Shown here: positions 12,785 through 23,331 of the stretch, piece by piece
Layout of the letters: each line of letters begins with the position of its first letter
How positions within the stretch are numbered: position 1 is the first letter of the stretch
DNA from: an uncultured Gammaproteobacteria bacterium
GTDB lineage: Bacteria > Patescibacteriota > Patescibacteriia > UBA2196
Reading direction: 5' to 3'
NCBI GenBank assembly: GCA_964488715.1
Contig: CAZAVD010000002.1
Coordinates: 7,093 to 49,477 of the forward strand
Length of the DNA: 42,385 bases
Made by a program: the position numbers and the translations under genes
Notes under the pieces: model-generated
Database searches by the model: none
Seen by the model: only the letters and a program-made list of their open reading frames with translations
Told to the model about the DNA's origin: nothing

Positions 12785-14620
12785 TTATTTCACAATATTT
12801 TCAAACTCTTCTTTTTCAAGTGTTTCTGTTTCCAATAACTTATCCACCACTCTTTTTAACTTATCTTTCTCTTTAATAATTATACCACAAGCAACATCAT
12901 ATGCGCTAGCAATTAAAGCTGAAACTTCTTCATCAATTAATTCAGCTACTTTTTCTGAATAATCTTTTTGCTCTGAAATTTCTCTTCCTAAAAACACAAG
13001 CTCTTCTTTTTCACCAAAAGTGCGTGGACCCATTTTTTCACTCATGCCATATTCAGTAACTAATTTTCGCGCCATTTTAGTAGCACGCCGTAAATCAGAA
13101 GTTGCGCCAGTTGTAACTTCACCAAAAATCTTTTTTTCAGTTGCATGGCCAGCCAACAAAACTGCCATTTCTGATAAAAAGTAAGATTTAGAATACATAT
13201 GAACATCCTTTTCTGGAACTTTTAAAGTATAACCACCAGCTTGTCCACGGGCAATAATTGAAACTTTTTGAACTGGATCTGAATGTTCTGATTCATGAGC
13301 AACTAATGCATGACCAGCCTCATGATAAGCAGTAATTTCTTTTTCCTTGTCTGACAAAACACGGGACTTGCGTTCTGGTCCTAATAAAACTTTTTCAATG
13401 CTTTCTAAAATCTCTGGCATTTTAATTTTTTTTCTACTGTTTTTAGCAGTTAAAATTGCTGCTTCATTCATCAAGTTTGCTAAATCAGCTCCTGAAAAAC
13501 CTGATGCTCGTTCAGCAACCTTTTTTAAATCAATTTCTTTAGATAATGGCTTATTATTTGCATGAATTTTTAAAATTTCAATCCGTTCATTTAAGTCTGG
13601 CAGATTTAATGTAACCCTACGATCAAATCGTCCGGGTCGCAAAAGAGCTGCGTCTAAAACATCTGGACGATTTGTGGCAGATAAAACAATAACTCCTGAA
13701 TTTGGTTCAAATCCATCCATTTCAACTAAAATTTGATTTAAAGTTTGTTCGCGTTCATCATGTGAGCCACCCAAACCTGCTCCTCTTTGACGACCAATAG
13801 CATCAAGCTCATCAATAAAAACAATACAAGGAGCATTTTTCTTTGCTTTTTGAAATAATGCACGAACTCTTGATGCTCCAACACCAACAAACATTTCTAC
13901 AAATTCTGAACCAGATACATGAAAAAATGGTACACTAGCTTCGCCTGACACAGCACGCGCCATTAAAGTTTTACCTGTTCCTGGAGGTCCGATTAATAAA
14001 ACACCTTTAGGAATTTTTGCTCCTACTTCACTATATTTTTTAGGATTTTTTAAAAAATCTACTACCTCAATTAATTCATCTTTTGCTTCTTTGGCTCCAG
14101 CTACACTAGAAAAAGTTACTTTTTCTTTTTTCTCGCCTTTTTTATTACTGTCAGTTGTATTGTTTTGACCAAAACCCATTGCGCGATTATTCATATTTTT
14201 TGCTTGTCTAGAAATTAAGAAAATAAAACCAAAAATAAATAAAATTGGAATCATAAAAGGCAATAAAGCTGCAACCCAATATTCAAAACCTGATTTCCCT
14301 TGAACTTTAATATTAATTTGACTAGATTTTTCAACTGCAACACTATAATTATCTAACAAAGTTGAAAAAGATTCAGTTGATTCTTTAAAAGATTTTAATT
14401 GTTGTCCATCTCGTAGTAAAACTTCTAATTCATCGCCTTTAACTATAATTTCAGCTACTTGTTCATTATTAATTTTTTCAATTACTTGACCAATTCCAAC
14501 TTCTTGTATTTTATCTTTTTCAGGTTCATCATATAACGAAAACATCCCAGCCATTATAATAAAGACTAGGAGGATTATAAATAAGTTTTTAAAAATGTTT
14601 TTCATAAATTTATTATACAC
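12785..14620 (-). CDS. ftsH: ATP-dependent zinc metalloprotease FtsH
   Basis: Walker [13 protein letters not shown] Walker B, SRH region, HEAGH zinc site. Track start 14620 is GTG; ATG at 14605 (MKNIFKNLF) is the more likely start. Confidence 0.93.
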   Translation of the reverse strand: MYNKFMKNIFKNLFIILLVFIIMAGMFSLYDEPEKDKIQEVGIGQVIEKINNEQVAEIIVKGDELEVLLRDGQQLKSFKESTESFSTLLDNYSVAVEKSSQINIKVQGKSGFEYWVAALLPFMIPILFIFGFIFLISRQAKNMNNRAMGFGQNNTTDSNKKGEKKEKVTFSSVAGAKEAKDELIEVVDFLKNPKKYSEVGAKIPKGVLLIGPPGTGKTLMARAVSGEASVPFFHVSGSEFVEMFVGVGASRVRALFQKAKKNAPCIVFIDELDAIGRQRGAGLGGSHDEREQTLNQILVEMDGFEPNSGVIVLSATNRPDVLDAALLRPGRFDRRVTLNLPDLNERIEILKIHANNKPLSKEIDLKKVAERASGFSGADLANLMNEAAILTAKNSRKKIKMPEILESIEKVLLGPERKSRVLSDKEKEITAYHEAGHALVAHESEHSDPVQKVSIIARGQAGGYTLKVPEKDVHMYSKSYFLSEMAVLLAGHATEKKIFGEVTTGATSDLRRATKMARKLVTEYGMSEKMGPRTFGEKEELVFLGREISEQKDYSEKVAELIDEEVSALIASAYDVACGIIIKEKDKLKRVVDKLLETETLEKEEFENIVK

Positions 14621-15726
14621 TAAACTTTCACCCCCTTCAACGACAGCCCCATTCTATGGTCTTCTGGTTCAATTGATAAAATAATAAATTCATATTCTTT
14701 ACCAACTTTAACAATATCTTCAGTTTTATTAATTTTATCTTCTGATAATTCTGAAATATGAACCAAACCAGAAATATCTTTATCTAATTCTACAAAAGCG
14801 CCAAATTTATCATATTTTAAAACTTTTCCTTTAACAGTTTGTCCAACTTCATATTTTTCAACAGCTTTTTTCCAAGGATCTTCCAACATTTTTTTAGCTG
14901 ACAATGTAACTCTATCATTTTCAATGCCAATAATCTGCGCTTTTAATTTATCACCAACTTTAAATATATCTCTTGGATGCTCAATTCTTTGCCAAGCTAA
15001 TTCTGAAATATGCACCAAACCTTCTAACCCAGAGTTCTCGGGGCCAAATTCAACAAACACACCAAAATCAACAATACCATTTACAGTTGCATCTACAACA
15101 TCACCAATTTTATACTTATCTAATTCTTGCTTTTTGTTTTCTGCATAAACTTCTTTTTCTGAAAAAATAACTTTATCATCAGCTTCATTTAAATCAATTA
15201 ATTTAGCTTTTAATTTTTTATTAACCAATGATCTTAATTTTTCTAAAATCTTGCCTTTATTGCCACCGTCTACTCTTGGATAATTATCTTTACTTAGTTG
15301 TGAAACAGGCATAAAACCATTTACATTATTTAAACTTACCATTAATCCACCTTTATTAGCTTCAATTACTTTAATCTCAACTATTTTTCCTGTTTCTTTT
15401 AATTCTTGTAATGTATGCCAAGCTTTTTGATGTCCAGCTGAACGAAAAGATAATTCTAAAATACCTTTTTCATTTTCTAGCTCAAGAACTGTAGCAGTAA
15501 CTTCATCGCCTTTTTTAAGTTTAGATAACTCACCTGATTCATCTTTTAATTCTTTTCCACGAACCAAACCACTAATTACACCATTAATATCTAAATAAAC
15601 TTCTTTACCCATTGAGATAATTGTGCCTTTAACCAAATCATTAACTTTAGGCATTTCAAATGCGTTTTTTTCATCAAGCAAAGTTTCCATTAAATTGTTG
15701 TTGTTTTCTTCTGACATATAATACAA
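14620..15726 (-). CDS. rpsA: 30S ribosomal protein S1-like, four S1 domains
   Basis: Four repeats of the S1 OB-fold pattern (G.V..I...G.FV.L...GL.HISE). Track start 15726 is TTG; ATG at 15717 (MSEENNN) is likely. Confidence 0.75.
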   Translation of the reverse strand: MYYMSEENNNNLMETLLDEKNAFEMPKVNDLVKGTIISMGKEVYLDINGVISGLVRGKELKDESGELSKLKKGDEVTATVLELENEKGILELSFRSAGHQKAWHTLQELKETGKIVEIKVIEANKGGLMVSLNNVNGFMPVSQLSKDNYPRVDGGNKGKILEKLRSLVNKKLKAKLIDLNEADDKVIFSEKEVYAENKKQELDKYKIGDVVDATVNGIVDFGVFVEFGPENSGLEGLVHISELAWQRIEHPRDIFKVGDKLKAQIIGIENDRVTLSAKKMLEDPWKKAVEKYEVGQTVKGKVLKYDKFGAFVELDKDISGLVHISELSEDKINKTEDIVKVGKEYEFIILSIEPEDHRMGLSLKGVKV

Positions 15727-15836
15727 AAAGATAGCCCTTTTCAGGAAACTACCATTTACCTAGTTAAATATATAGCACTAGGCAAATTTAGGTTAATTAT
15801 TAGATATATAAAATTTAGCAAATTTGCTAATTTATG

Positions 15837-16823
15837 TCAACTTTTTGCTTTAGCTTTTTTTTGCAAATCTGGAACTTGATCAGTTTCATCAACAATTTCC
15901 ATTTTAATTATTTCTTCAATCACATCTTCCAAAGAAACAACACCTTCCAAACCATGAAATTTATTTTTAACAAGAGCTATATGAATTTTAGATTTAATAA
16001 ATTTATTTAACAACTGATCTAATTTTTGTTGTTTTAAAACTGTTAAAATTTTCTCTTTTTTAAAAATTTCTTTAACTTTTGTATTAACTTTAATATTTAT
16101 CAAATCTTTGGCATATAAAACACCAACAATATTATCAGTAAAATTTTTATAAACAGGTATTCTGGTAAAACCTTCTTGTTTAATTTGGTTTAATGTTTTT
16201 TTATCTAAAACTGAATTTATTTCTAATACATAAACAACAGTACGAGGCGTCATTATTTGCTCAACATTCTTATCAGAAAATGATAATGCTCCTTCAATTA
16301 TTCTTTCTTCATCAGCATCAATTGCGCTATCTTTTGAACCACCGTGCTCTTTAACAATTTTTATTAATTCTTTTTTTGAATAAATAGTTGCCATTTCTTC
16401 ACCCAAAACTTTATCCAAAATAAAAGATATTGGCCAACAAATTGGAAATAAAATAAAAATAAAAATTTTGACCACCCAAGCAGTTTTAGCTCCAACTTGT
16501 AAAGCAAATCTAGCAAAAGTTGCTTGCGGAATAATTTCTCCAAATATAACAATTAATCCTGTTGCCATAAGTCCTGCTACCACTCCACTTGCAATATTTC
16601 CAAGAAAAATTGCTAAAGTAGAATTAATAGCAACATTGCCTAGTAATAAAGTGCACAAAAGAAGATTGCCTCTTTTTCTCACAGCATAAACTTTTTTAGC
16701 TTCTTTATTTCCAAGAGAAATCTTTCTTTTTAATTCATTTTTGTCTAAACTTAATAAACCAAGAGTTAATCCTGAAAATAAACCAGATAATAATACTAAT
16801 ATAATTACGATAAAATAGTCCAT
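15837..16823 (-). CDS. CNNM/DUF21 + CBS-pair membrane protein (hemolysin/CorC-type)
   Basis: N-terminal DUF21-like TM region (LLSGLFSGLTLGLLSLD), then tandem CBS-like region. Confidence 0.75.
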   Translation of the reverse strand: MDYFIVIILVLLSGLFSGLTLGLLSLDKNELKRKISLGNKEAKKVYAVRKRGNLLLCTLLLGNVAINSTLAIFLGNIASGVVAGLMATGLIVIFGEIIPQATFARFALQVGAKTAWVVKIFIFILFPICWPISFILDKVLGEEMATIYSKKELIKIVKEHGGSKDSAIDADEERIIEGALSFSDKNVEQIMTPRTVVYVLEINSVLDKKTLNQIKQEGFTRIPVYKNFTDNIVGVLYAKDLINIKVNTKVKEIFKKEKILTVLKQQKLDQLLNKFIKSKIHIALVKNKFHGLEGVVSLEDVIEEIIKMEIVDETDQVPDLQKKAKAKS

Positions 16824-16906
16824 ATGATTTGTAATTTAATTGTTTATTTATTATATTATACTTTAATTAATTTGTAAATTTTTACTCTTGTGTTTTTAGT
16901 CAAATT

Positions 16907-17488
16907 TTGTTAATATTAATATGTATGCAACGCCCATTACTTGACAAAACACATATAAAAAACATACCTCAAACAATACCAACAAAAAAAGCTATTGAAC
17001 TACTTTTGGGCACAATGGGAGATCGTAAAACACGCATAGGCCCACAACGCAGACGTAGAATAGGACTTGTTAAATCTTTTAAAAATAATTCATCTATTCA
17101 AAATGAATCTTATTCTAAAAAAATAACTCGCAGTCTTGGTCGTAGTGGCAGTTTAACAAAAAAAGAATTTTTAAAATTAATTGACGAAGTTAAAGGAAGG
17201 CAAGGTTTTGAAGTTACATTTACTGGACGCAAGGATTTTAGAAAACAAATTTCTGAATTAGGACAAGATAAAAAAACAAAACCTGAAACTCAAACAGAAA
17301 TTGAAACAAAAATTGAAGCTAAAAAAACAGAAATAAAAAAACCTGCAATAAAAAAATCAACGCCTAATCAAAATTCTGAATTTATTCAAAATCAATTACA
17401 AAACAGAAATGCAACAACTTCTATTTCTCATGTTTCAAATTCAACACCTAATATAAAATTACAACCTAATATTAAATTACCTAAATAA
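16907..17488 (+). CDS. Basic Lys/Arg-rich hypothetical protein
   Basis: Long ORF, no recognised domain; first ATG at 16925 (MQRPLLDK) is the more likely start. Confidence 0.5.
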   Translation: MLILICMQRPLLDKTHIKNIPQTIPTKKAIELLLGTMGDRKTRIGPQRRRRIGLVKSFKNNSSIQNESYSKKITRSLGRSGSLTKKEFLKLIDEVKGRQGFEVTFTGRKDFRKQISELGQDKKTKPETQTEIETKIEAKKTEIKKPAIKKSTPNQNSEFIQNQLQNRNATTSISHVSNSTPNIKLQPNIKLPK

Positions 17489-17493
17489 AATTT

Positions 17494-18165
17494 ATGAATA
17501 TAAACTGGTTTGGACAATCATTTTTCAAAATCACAACAAAAAACTCATCTGGAGAAGATGTTGTTATTGCTATTGACCCATTTGATAAATCTTATGGTTT
17601 AAAAGTGCCAACAAAATTTGGCGCAGATATTGTTTTAATTTCTCATGATCATAAAGATCATAGTAATATAAATGCAGTTAAAGGCACTAATTTATCACCA
17701 GAACCTTTTGTTATTTCCGGTCCAGGAGAATATGAAATTAAAGGAGTAATGATTTATGGAATTCCAGCTTTTCATGATGACAAACAAGGCGAAGATCGTG
17801 GAGAAATAACAATGTTTTTAATTGAAACAGAAGGAGTTTGGTTAGCGCATTTAAGCGATTTAGGACAAAAATCTTTAGAAAATGGTCAGTTAGAACAATT
17901 ACAATCAGTTGATGTTTTAATGATTCCAGTTGGCGGAACATTTACTATTGATGCCAAAGAAGCTTCAAAAATAATTTCGCAAGTTGAACCAAGAGTTATT
18001 ATCCCAATGCACTATAATCTGCCTGGACTTAAATTAGATCTTGATAGTGTAGATAAATTTATTAAAGAAGAAGGAATAAATCCAGAAGAAGTTGAAGGTA
18101 AATTAAAAATTACTAAAAAAGACTTGCCAAATGAAGATACTAAACTTTTTATTTTAAAAAGTTAA
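17494..18165 (+). CDS. MBL-fold metal-dependent hydrolase, UPF0173-like
   Basis: WFGQSFFKI, IAIDPFD, LISHDHKDH (HxHxDH). Confidence 0.8.
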   Translation: MNINWFGQSFFKITTKNSSGEDVVIAIDPFDKSYGLKVPTKFGADIVLISHDHKDHSNINAVKGTNLSPEPFVISGPGEYEIKGVMIYGIPAFHDDKQGEDRGEITMFLIETEGVWLAHLSDLGQKSLENGQLEQLQSVDVLMIPVGGTFTIDAKEASKIISQVEPRVIIPMHYNLPGLKLDLDSVDKFIKEEGINPEEVEGKLKITKKDLPNEDTKLFILKS

Positions 18166-18170
18166 TTCCT

Positions 18171-18277
18171 AAATTACAAATTACAATTTCTAATAAATTT
18201 CTAAATTAATAATTTTTTAAATTGGGCATTAGACATTCTTAATTTCATTGGAAATTAGAAATTATAATTTAGAAATT
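18171..18277. repeat. AT-rich heptad-unit inverted-repeat (MITE-like) element, copy 2
   Basis: Left arm AAATTACAAATTACAATTTCTAAT (23/24 to 105-128); right arm ATTAGAAATTATAATTTAGAAATT; inner TTAGACATT and ATTGGAAATTAGAAATT shared with copy 1. Confidence 0.65.
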
Positions 18278-18578
18278 GAATAATATTATGTTCAATAAAT
18301 CTAAACAAAACATACAAATATACATTATATTCGCCTTAATTATCCTAGTGATCCTGGGCTTTTGGTATTATAGTTTAAAAATAAATTTAAAAAATGGTTT
18401 AAACACAGAAAATAATCGCTCTGGTTTTACTTTATCAGAATTAAAACAAGAAATTTCTGACATTCTTTCAAAATCTCCGTTAACAAATAAACAAGAAATA
18501 AAAAAAGATAATATAAATAAAGACGAGCAATTAGATAAACTGGCTGATGAGTTAGTTGATAAATTAAAAAATAAATAA
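18276..18578 (+). CDS. Small single-TM protein
   Basis: IYIIFALIILVILGFWYY helix; TTG at 18276 lies inside the repeat element, so ATG at 18288 is the more likely start. Confidence 0.5.
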   Translation: MNNIMFNKSKQNIQIYIIFALIILVILGFWYYSLKINLKNGLNTENNRSGFTLSELKQEISDILSKSPLTNKQEIKKDNINKDEQLDKLADELVDKLKNK

Positions 18579-18580
18579 AT

Positions 18581-18608
18581 TTGACAACTGTAATACAATT
18601 GTATTACA
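18581..18608 (+). promoter_or_regulatory. TTGACA -35 box plus perfect 20-bp palindromic operator of the toxin-antitoxin operon
   Basis: TTGACA 18581-18586; TGTAATACAATTGTATTACA 18589-18608; 30 nt upstream of the antitoxin ATG. Confidence 0.6.
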
Positions 18609-18637
18609 ATATAAATATATAAATTAATCTAAAAAAT

Positions 18638-18874
18638 ATGCGTCAAGTTTTAAGCGTTTCTCTTCCAGAAAAAACAATTCAAACAGTTAAAGAAAAAACC
18701 AAAACTAGAGGATTTGGAAATGTTAGTAATTATATTAAGCATCTTATCAAACTGGATGAAGAAGATGATTGGATTTCAGAAGAAGAACTATTAAAAATAG
18801 TAGAAGAAAGCCGTAAAGAATATAAAAAAGGCAAAACAATCAAAGCCAATTCAATGGCTGACCTTTTAGTATGA
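18638..18874 (+). CDS. Type II antitoxin, ribbon-helix-helix type
   Basis: 78 aa, N-terminal RHH-like VLSVSLPEKTIQTVKEK...SNYIKHLI; 4-nt ATGA overlap with the toxin gene. Confidence 0.7.
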   Translation: MRQVLSVSLPEKTIQTVKEKTKTRGFGNVSNYIKHLIKLDEEDDWISEEELLKIVEESRKEYKKGKTIKANSMADLLV

Positions 18875-19143
18875 TAATAAAAAACATTGAATACTCAAAA
18901 CGTTTTTTCAAAGATTTAAATAAATTACCTGAACAAATTGTAAAAATAGCACTTAGAAAAGAACAACTATTTAAATATAATCCATTACATCCATCCCTAA
19001 GATTACACTCATTAAAAGGCAATTTAAAAGGAACATGGTCACTATCTGTAACTGATAATTATCGAATAATTTTTGACAGATCGCCAAATGGTGATATTAT
19101 TTTTTTAACAATTGGAAAACATGATATTTATAAATATTTATAA
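18871..19143 (+). CDS. Type II toxin, RelE/ParE superfamily
   Basis: 90 aa, [40 protein letters not shown] matches the RelE/ParE C-terminal pattern. Confidence 0.75.
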   Translation: MIIKNIEYSKRFFKDLNKLPEQIVKIALRKEQLFKYNPLHPSLRLHSLKGNLKGTWSLSVTDNYRIIFDRSPNGDIIFLTIGKHDIYKYL

Positions 19144-19148
19144 TCCTT

Positions 19149-21674
19149 ATGCCAAAAAAAATAACTAAAAAAAAGACTAGCCAAGCAAGCTCCGAGCAGG
19201 GGCTTGGAGCCAACATTGATAAACCAACAGGTGGCATTGTTAAAGATCGTGCAATTTCTGAAGAAATGCGCGAGTCATATTTAGATTATGCAATGAGTGT
19301 AATTGTCTCGCGCGCTTTACCTGATGTTCGTGATGGTTTAAAACCAGTTCATCGCAGAATTCTGTATGCAATGTGGAATATGGGCTTAAAATCATCTGCT
19401 AAATTTAGAAAATCAGCTGCAGTAGTTGGTGAGGTTTTAGGTAAATATCATCCTCATGGCGATCAAGCTGTTTATGAATCAATGGTTAGAATGGCTCAAG
19501 ACTTTTCAATGCGTTATCAACTAGTTTGGGGGCAAGGCAATTTTGGTTCAATGGATGGCGATTCTGCGGCTGCTCAAAGATATACTGAAGCTAAATTAAA
19601 AAAAATATCAGACGAGTTGTTGTTTGATATAGATAAAAATACAGTTGATTTTTCTCCTAATTATGATGGCAGTCATCAAGAGCCAAAAGTTTTGCCAGCT
19701 AAATTGCCTACTCTACTTCTAAACGGTACAATGGGAATTGCTGTTGGCATGTCAACAAACATACCGCCACATAATTTAACAGAATTAATTAATGGAATTA
19801 TTCATTTAATTGACAATCCTAATGCAACAATAGATGATTTATTTCAATTTATTTTAGGTCCTGATTTTCCAACTGGAGGGATAATTTATAATAAAGCAGA
19901 TATTAAACAAGCATACGCAACTGGAAAAGGCGGTGTTATTTTGCGCGCTAAAACTAATATTGAAGAAGTTAAAAAAGGATTTCAAATTATTATTTCTGAA
20001 ATTCCATATCAAATGAATAAGGCGTCTTTATTAGAAAAAATCGCTAGCTTAGTTAAAGATAAAAAAATTGAAGGAATCCGAGATTTACGAGATGAATCAA
20101 ACAAAGACGGTGTGCGAGTTGTTGTTGAATTAAAAAAAGATTCATATCCTAAAAAGATTTTAAATCAACTTTTTTCACAAACTGGATTACAAACTACATT
20201 TCATTTTAATATTTTAGCTTTAATTGATGGCATTCAACCACGCGTTTTAACTTTAAAAATGGTTTTGGAAGAATATATTAAACACAGACAAAATGTAGTT
20301 ACTCGTAGAACTCAATTTGAATTAGACAAAGCTAAAGACAGAGCGCATATATTGGAAGGCTTAATGCTTGCTTTAAATAAAATTGATGCCGTAATTAAAA
20401 CAATTAAAGCATCTAAAGACAGGAGTGAAGCTAAGATAAAATTAATTAAAAAATTTAAACTAAGCGAAAAACAAACTGAGGCTATTTTAGAAATGAAACT
20501 TTCACAATTAGCTAATCTTGAAAGATTAAAAATAGAAACAGAATTAAAAGAAAAGAAAAAATTAATTCAAAAACTAACTGAGTTGCTAAAAAGTCCTAAA
20601 AAAATTCTAAAAATAATTAAAGATGAATTAGAAGAAATTAAAGAAAAATTTGGAGATGAGCGTAAAACAAAAATTATTTCACATGCTGTCAATTCATTTA
20701 ATCAAGAAGACTTAATTCCTGATGAATCTGCTATTGTTGTAGTTACCCGTGATGGATATATTAAACGATTGCCGCCTGAAACATTTAAAACTCAAAGCCG
20801 TGGCGGAAAAGGTGTAATTGGATTAACTACTAAGGAAGAAGATGTGGTTGAACATTTATTCACCACAACAACTCATGAAGATTTATTATTCTTTACAACA
20901 AAAGGCCGTGTATTTCAACTTAAAGCATATGAAATTCCTGTAGCCTCCCGCACAGCCAAAGGCCAATCAATTGTAAATTTTTTACAACTTGCTCCTCAAG
21001 AAAAAGTTTCAGCTGTTTTACAATTACCTAAAAAACATGAATTTAAATATTTAACAATGGTCACGCGAAATGGAACTATTAAAAAATGTAAATTAGAAAA
21101 TTTTAAAAATATTCGCCGTTCAGGTTTAATTGCACTTAAACTTAAAGGAGAAGATTTATTAGAATGGGTTAAGCCAGTTAGTGAAAAAGAAGAAATTATA
21201 ATCATTAGCGCATCTGGCAAATCAATTCGTTTTAAAGAAAAAGATATTCGTTGCATGGGAAGAAGCGCTGCTGGTGTAAGAGGAATTAGATTAAAATCTG
21301 ATGATGTAGTTGTTGGAATGAGTATTATTACCGAAGAAAAGAAAAAAGCTGGTACTAAAGTTTTAATTGTAACAGCTAATGGTTTTGGAAAGATGACTGA
21401 TATTAAACAATATCGCTTACAATCCCGTGGTGGTTCAGGAACTAAAACTGCAAAAGTTACAACCAAAAACGGTAAGTTAGTCTGGGCTTATGTTTGTATT
21501 CCAGATAAACTGCCCGAAATAGTTTCTGGTGATTTGCTAATTATTTCTGACAAAGGACAAGTCATACGATTGCCTTTAAAATCAGTTCCATCAACTGGCC
21601 GTGATACTCAAGGCGTGCGCCTAATGCGCTTTAAAGAAAACGCAGACAGCGTAGCCTCCGTGACTTTGGTTTAG
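19149..21674 (+). CDS. gyrA: DNA gyrase subunit A
   Basis: [40 protein letters not shown] (catalytic Tyr), C-terminal beta-pinwheel repeats. Confidence 0.95.
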   Translation: MPKKITKKKTSQASSEQGLGANIDKPTGGIVKDRAISEEMRESYLDYAMSVIVSRALPDVRDGLKPVHRRILYAMWNMGLKSSAKFRKSAAVVGEVLGKYHPHGDQAVYESMVRMAQDFSMRYQLVWGQGNFGSMDGDSAAAQRYTEAKLKKISDELLFDIDKNTVDFSPNYDGSHQEPKVLPAKLPTLLLNGTMGIAVGMSTNIPPHNLTELINGIIHLIDNPNATIDDLFQFILGPDFPTGGIIYNKADIKQAYATGKGGVILRAKTNIEEVKKGFQIIISEIPYQMNKASLLEKIASLVKDKKIEGIRDLRDESNKDGVRVVVELKKDSYPKKILNQLFSQTGLQTTFHFNILALIDGIQPRVLTLKMVLEEYIKHRQNVVTRRTQFELDKAKDRAHILEGLMLALNKIDAVIKTIKASKDRSEAKIKLIKKFKLSEKQTEAILEMKLSQLANLERLKIETELKEKKKLIQKLTELLKSPKKILKIIKDELEEIKEKFGDERKTKIISHAVNSFNQEDLIPDESAIVVVTRDGYIKRLPPETFKTQSRGGKGVIGLTTKEEDVVEHLFTTTTHEDLLFFTTKGRVFQLKAYEIPVASRTAKGQSIVNFLQLAPQEKVSAVLQLPKKHEFKYLTMVTRNGTIKKCKLENFKNIRRSGLIALKLKGEDLLEWVKPVSEKEEIIIISASGKSIRFKEKDIRCMGRSAAGVRGIRLKSDDVVVGMSIITEEKKKAGTKVLIVTANGFGKMTDIKQYRLQSRGGSGTKTAKVTTKNGKLVWAYVCIPDKLPEIVSGDLLIISDKGQVIRLPLKSVPSTGRDTQGVRLMRFKENADSVASVTLV
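19189..19215 (+). repeat. GGCTCCAGG-family hairpin copy in frame in the gyrA N-terminal extension
   Basis: GCTCCGAG-CAGGGG-CTTGGAGCCAACA; shares TGGAGCCAACA with 38757-38769 and 35468-35479. Confidence 0.6.
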
Positions 21675-21728
21675 ATTCTGTGGATAGATCTTAGTTTATC
21701 TGTCTCTGGCGAAACTTATCCAAATAAA

Positions 21729-21755
21729 AAATCCTGCTATATGAATAGCAAGATT
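21729..21755. terminator. Bidirectional terminator between convergent gyrA and the island operon
   Basis: AATCCTGCTA-TATGAA-TAGCAAGATT flanked by an A-run and a T-run. Confidence 0.6.
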
Positions 21756-21762
21756 TAAAATT

Positions 21763-21987
21763 TTAGTAAATTTTCCTATTTAATTCTTTGATTTTTTTTC
21801 TCAAACTTTCTCTTGTTGCAAGAGCTACTCCTATTAAAAGCAAGGGGATGCCTACAGCAACTAAAGTTAATACTAGTTCAATATGAACTATTGCAAAAAC
21901 TTCATTACCTAGTTTTGCTACAACATTAGCAAGAACCATCAAAAGTATGCCGAGAAAAAAAGGAAACCGATAATCAATCTGTCGCAT
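21763..21987 (-). CDS. 74-aa two-TM membrane protein
   Basis: Strong SD AAGGAGGA 4 nt before the ATG; two hydrophobic helices. Confidence 0.65.
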   Translation of the reverse strand: MRQIDYRFPFFLGILLMVLANVVAKLGNEVFAIVHIELVLTLVAVGIPLLLIGVALATRESLRKKIKELNRKIY

Positions 21988-22003
21988 TTTTGTCCTCCTT
22001 AAT

Positions 22004-22234
22004 TTATTGAAACGCCTTCCCTAATTTTACTTTGGGAGTTTCTTCTTCTCTGCTTACTTCTTTTTCTTTTTTCTTTTCTTCCTCTTCAGCACTTTGCTGA
22101 AACGCCTTCCCTAATTTTACTTCTGATGGCGTGACCTGCATCCCTGTTTGTTCATAAGAATTTTGCTCAAGCGCCTTGTCACCTAGCTTTTTTAAATGTT
22201 CAAGGTCTTTTCGGGTTTTTTCAATGTTTTTCAT
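22004..22234 (-). CDS. 76-aa charged protein with duplicated VKLGKAFQ motif
   Basis: SD AAGGAGA; 25-nt perfect direct repeat 22008-22032 / 22098-22122. Confidence 0.6.
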   Translation of the reverse strand: MKNIEKTRKDLEHLKKLGDKALEQNSYEQTGMQVTPSEVKLGKAFQQSAEEEEKKKEKEVSREEETPKVKLGKAFQ

Positions 22235-22314
22235 AATTTTTTCTCCTTTTGTTAGTTAAAAAATAGATAAATTTAGTCTAACAAAAATTATCTTTTTTGT
22301 CAACAATAAGTGAA

Positions 22315-23331
22315 TCATTTAATATTTTTTGCAATTTTTATATCTTTAATTTTATACATCCTATTTGCATAAATTGCCTTCATTATCTTATTTGTCACAT
22401 AACCAACAAATGCTAAAGCAAAGAAATAACCCGCGCCAAACCAAGTAAACTCTGGTTTTTGCTCAGTAAATAACCCTATTAAAGTTGCGCCTACCCCCAT
22501 TGAAGTAATTATAGCAAGATTAGTAACTGAACGCTCTGTACTTTTGGCTTGAATATCCGAAAACAAAGTTACAGCTGAATTAACATAATTTTTAGTCATT
22601 CTCCAAAGTTCTTTTATATAACTCAATGTATCAGATAAAGTTTCATATTTAAATTGTAAAACATCTGTAAAATTAGATAATTCTTTATTGTTTTTTATAA
22701 TTGATCCCCGTGTATTAATATAAATGCCCATCTGATTTATTCTAGCTTCTATTAAATTTATTGTTTTGCTGTAACTTTCTATTTTGTCTTTGAGTGTTTC
22801 TACATTTTTGCCTTTAATCTTGCCCTTTTCTTTTACTTCGGCAATTTTTTCCCAAATGGTTCTATGCAAATTAACATACCTATGCATTTGTCCTTTAAAT
22901 TCCCTAAAGAAAATTTGCTCTTGAACAAATTTTTCAATATTGGCTAGTTCTTCGTCAGTATCATTTATAATATACAATTTATTACCTCTATAAATTTCAA
23001 ATGTATTAGTTTTTATTTCAAAATATTTTTCTTGCTTAAAATCCTTTAATATCTTTTCAATACTTTTTTTATCAGCTTTATCAAGAATTACAAAATAAGG
23101 ATAAACGGTTTTAATGTTTGCTAATTCTTTTGGTATTGGCGCTCCTAAACTAAAAATATAACTTAACCCCGGAGAAAGCAATTTTTCGTAATAAAATGTT
23201 AATTCCTCAATATTTTGTTTTATTGTTGAGTCAGGTTTTTTACCTAAAATAATTAAGCCATCTTCATATATTTTAACTTCAATCCCAGTTTGACTAATCA
23301 TTTGGATGTATTCAAAACTTTCTATTTTCAT
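22315..23331 (-). CDS. CorA-like-topology membrane protein (soluble coiled-coil N-domain + 2 C-terminal TM helices); the frame continues upstream through one TAA
   Basis: C-terminus LAIITSMGVGATLIGLFTEQKPEFTWFGAGYFFALAFVGYV parallels the CorA TM1-loop-TM2 layout but lacks GMN; in-frame TAA at 23409-23407 and ATG at 23490. Confidence 0.55.
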   Translation of the reverse strand: MKIESFEYIQMISQTGIEVKIYEDGLIILGKKPDSTIKQNIEELTFYYEKLLSPGLSYIFSLGAPIPKELANIKTVYPYFVILDKADKKSIEKILKDFKQEKYFEIKTNTFEIYRGNKLYIINDTDEELANIEKFVQEQIFFREFKGQMHRYVNLHRTIWEKIAEVKEKGKIKGKNVETLKDKIESYSKTINLIEARINQMGIYINTRGSIIKNNKELSNFTDVLQFKYETLSDTLSYIKELWRMTKNYVNSAVTLFSDIQAKSTERSVTNLAIITSMGVGATLIGLFTEQKPEFTWFGAGYFFALAFVGYVTNKIMKAIYANRMYKIKDIKIAKNIK

